A stretch of DNA of 64,000 nucleotides. Source: Promethearchaeota archaeon. Its GTDB lineage: Archaea > Asgardarchaeota > Lokiarchaeia > Sigyniarchaeales > SOKP01. This document shows, one piece after another, positions 62,027 through 64,000 of this stretch. The position numbers and the translations under genes are program-made. The notes under the pieces are model-generated. The model saw only the letters and a list, made by a program, of their open reading frames with translations. It had not been told where the DNA came from and made no database searches. Location: assembly GCA_019057795.1 (NCBI GenBank), contig JAHLWS010000038.1, forward strand, positions 40,734 through 104,733, written 5' to 3'. The first letter of the stretch is position 1, and each line of letters opens with the position of its first letter.

Positions 62027-62563
62027 ATGTTTAAGATGGAGGAATACAAACGCTTTACAGTGTCTCTTCCAAAAGATTTGTACGATAAATTCGAGGCATT
62101 TAGAAACAAAATTGGTATCTCTAGATCAGATAGTATAAGAAAAGCTATGCATTCTTTAATGGTTAGTGAAGAAAGTATTCCTGTTGCTTCGGTAAACGTT
62201 GTAGGATGCATTCCTATTATTATGTTGCACGAACATTTTATTGGAAAGTCCGAAAAAGAAGACTCTCACGAGCATTCGCATGGAGTTAATCATGATCACG
62301 ACTACCACAACCACAAATATGATTCTAGACCGGTTTATGCTTCAGTTCAGCAAACAGATGAAATACTAAAAAATGACATTCAACACCATTTTTATGACAT
62401 AATTATCTCAACTATGCACATTCATTTAGAGTTTGAAAAATGTCTAGAAATTATCGCTGTTTCAGGACCATATAATCGAGTCAAAAGTTTAAAAGAAGCG
62501 CTACAAAGGTTAAAAAGTGTAATATCGATTGATTTTTTCATCATTGATAAGGAATTTAAATAA
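62027..62563 (+). CDS. nikR: NikR-family nickel-responsive regulator with His-rich insert
   Basis: RFTVSLP..SRS..IR RHH; QH...ISTMHIH...CLE. Confidence 0.88.
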   Translation: MFKMEEYKRFTVSLPKDLYDKFEAFRNKIGISRSDSIRKAMHSLMVSEESIPVASVNVVGCIPIIMLHEHFIGKSEKEDSHEHSHGVNHDHDYHNHKYDSRPVYASVQQTDEILKNDIQHHFYDIIISTMHIHLEFEKCLEIIAVSGPYNRVKSLKEALQRLKSVISIDFFIIDKEFK

Positions 62564-62879
62564 ATATTAGACATGTAATTTTATTTATCCTAAAATTTTA
62601 AAAGGAAGAGATAAGAATAAAAAATTTCCTTCAAATATGAAAAGAAAAAGGATAAGGCGATTATTGAAGTATTTTTTATTCCTTTAGGTCGTGTTAATTG
62701 TGTGTGTTAGAAATAATATACTTTTTTCTAATTAAAAAGTAAAATAGAGTGAAAAATTATTAATTTTTATATTAAATTTAATCGATATTTGGAATCTATT
62801 GTCTATTAAGAGAGGTTAATTTCAAATAAAATAATAATAAAATTTTAAAAAAAAAATTAAATTCTTTTTATAAAATCAT

Positions 62880-63074
62880 TTATAGATCTTTTTCTTGAAC
62901 AGTTTTTCGTCCATTTGCTTTAGCGCGGCCAATCGCTGCATCGAGAATGCTTATAATTGCTTCATTAAGAGCAGGACCATCAATAACATCCCCACTAGTG
63001 TTGCATTCTTTTGACTTAATGTACTCTCGAACTTTACTTTTTACAAATAGGATTTCAACTGGTTTTTTAGCCAT
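62880..63074 (-). CDS. Short prokaryotic histone (alpha3/Bd0055-like, non-HMf type)
   Basis: LFVKSKVREYIK..NTS..RAKANGRKTVQEKDL; GGAGG SD-like site upstream. Confidence 0.85.
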   Translation of the reverse strand: MAKKPVEILFVKSKVREYIKSKECNTSGDVIDGPALNEAIISILDAAIGRAKANGRKTVQEKDL

Positions 63075-63588
63075 TTTTTATTCCTCCTTTTATTATTTAA
63101 ATACGTTTTAAAATTAATTAGTGTTTAAAGTATATTTCTCCTTGCTCATATATAAAGTTAGTTAAAAAATCATCATAGAAGGTTAATACTAGCGATCTAT
63201 AAAAGATGAATTAATCTTAAAAAGCACGAGGTACAGCTGATAATCATTATTAATTGGAATAATAAAGGCTATTTAAAGAATTAATTTTATTCTATTTTTA
63301 CGCCGGCCACATCTATAGTTCCTTTTGAGTTATCTATACCTTCTAGCTTCATGTAATCTTCTAGTGATCTCGAAGTTACAACCCTCAACCCTTATTTTTA
63401 TTTCTAAGAAAAATATATTACATCACTTATGCTTTGATAATGTTCTAAACTTAGGGATATCACCGCATATTCCACAAATTTCTAGAAAAATTAAAAATAA
63501 CCATAATGCTTATTTGACAAAAATTTATAAATTAAAAAAAGGATATATTCAAATATCCAATGAAAATTTTTTATGGGGGTAAGAAACC

Positions 63589-63922
63589 ATGAAACGAAAT
63601 AAATTTAAATTAGCTCTATTGCTCTCTTTGACCATTTTTTTTAGTGGCTTCACAGCGATTTATCTCTATAATAACACCAATTTATTGAAGGATAGTGTTG
63701 TCGAAGATTTAGAGAACTTTTCAGAAGAATTAAAAATTTCTGCTTGGCTTTTAAACACGACCGAGGTGGTCTCCACGGAAAGCACGGGTGATTCTGAGTT
63801 TTCAACAATATCAGTGGACGATTCCGGAAACGTGCACATTGCGTGGGAAGATTATACGGATTATGGCGGTTCGGGAACGGATCCGGATATATTTTATAAG
63901 CGCTGGAACGCGACCACGGCGG
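63589..63922 (+). CDS. Secreted protein with beta-propeller-type repeat, 5' portion only (truncated at sequence end)
   Basis: Signal/anchor peptide, then VVSTES..S..ISVD.SGNVHIAWED..DIFYK. Confidence 0.7.
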
Positions 63923-64000
63923 CTGTCTCGTAGACCCATCTGACCGTCCCGCCAAATACACTTTAGTATGGATCGCTGGAAGGCGAATAAGTAAAAAAAA
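63923..64000 (+). other. Probable low-quality Nextera adapter read-through (artefact)
   Basis: ctgtctcgtagacccatctgaccgtcccgccaa aligns without gaps to CTGTCTCTTATACACATCTGACGCTGCCGACGA; poly-A end. Confidence 0.8.

Noticed and set aside
63325-63582. 85-aa ORF upstream of the secreted protein
   Set aside because: TTG start, no motifs, spans a probable promoter region
1-64000. CRISPR array, rRNA, integrase or transposase
   Set aside because: No regularly spaced repeats, rRNA-like tracts or recombinase/transposase motifs seen by eye

Overview
AT-rich chromosomal segment, most likely from an Asgard archaeon (Lokiarchaeia/Promethearchaeota-like). This placement rests on an ESCRT-II/Vps4/ESCRT-III cluster, roadblock/longin-type domains, HEAT-LRR and TPR proteins, and archaeal intron-containing tRNA. 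Most of the window is housekeeping or metabolic: Ldh2 pair, AOR, MtnA, Dus, GlgP, Nop2/Nip7, Pgk, LarB/LarC/NikR, a corrinoid methyltransferase pair and a histone. The main observations are: (1) a glycyl-radical enzyme with an N-terminal SCP2-like lipid-binding domain, its activase, a divergent CrtI-like flavoprotein/reductase pair and an originally adjacent AOR, together a candidate anaerobic lipid-modifying pathway; (2) two nested, integrase-less insertions into the 3' end of the activase gene, each supplying a replacement 3' end, carrying a TIGR04255-type three-gene candidate defence operon and a wHTH-roadblock gene; (3) a tRNA-Gly(GCC) with two non-canonical introns that is also the target of a ~520-bp two-gene mini-island; (4) the last ~78 bp look like Nextera adapter read-through, not genome. 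All family calls come from motif recognition by eye, not from database searches.
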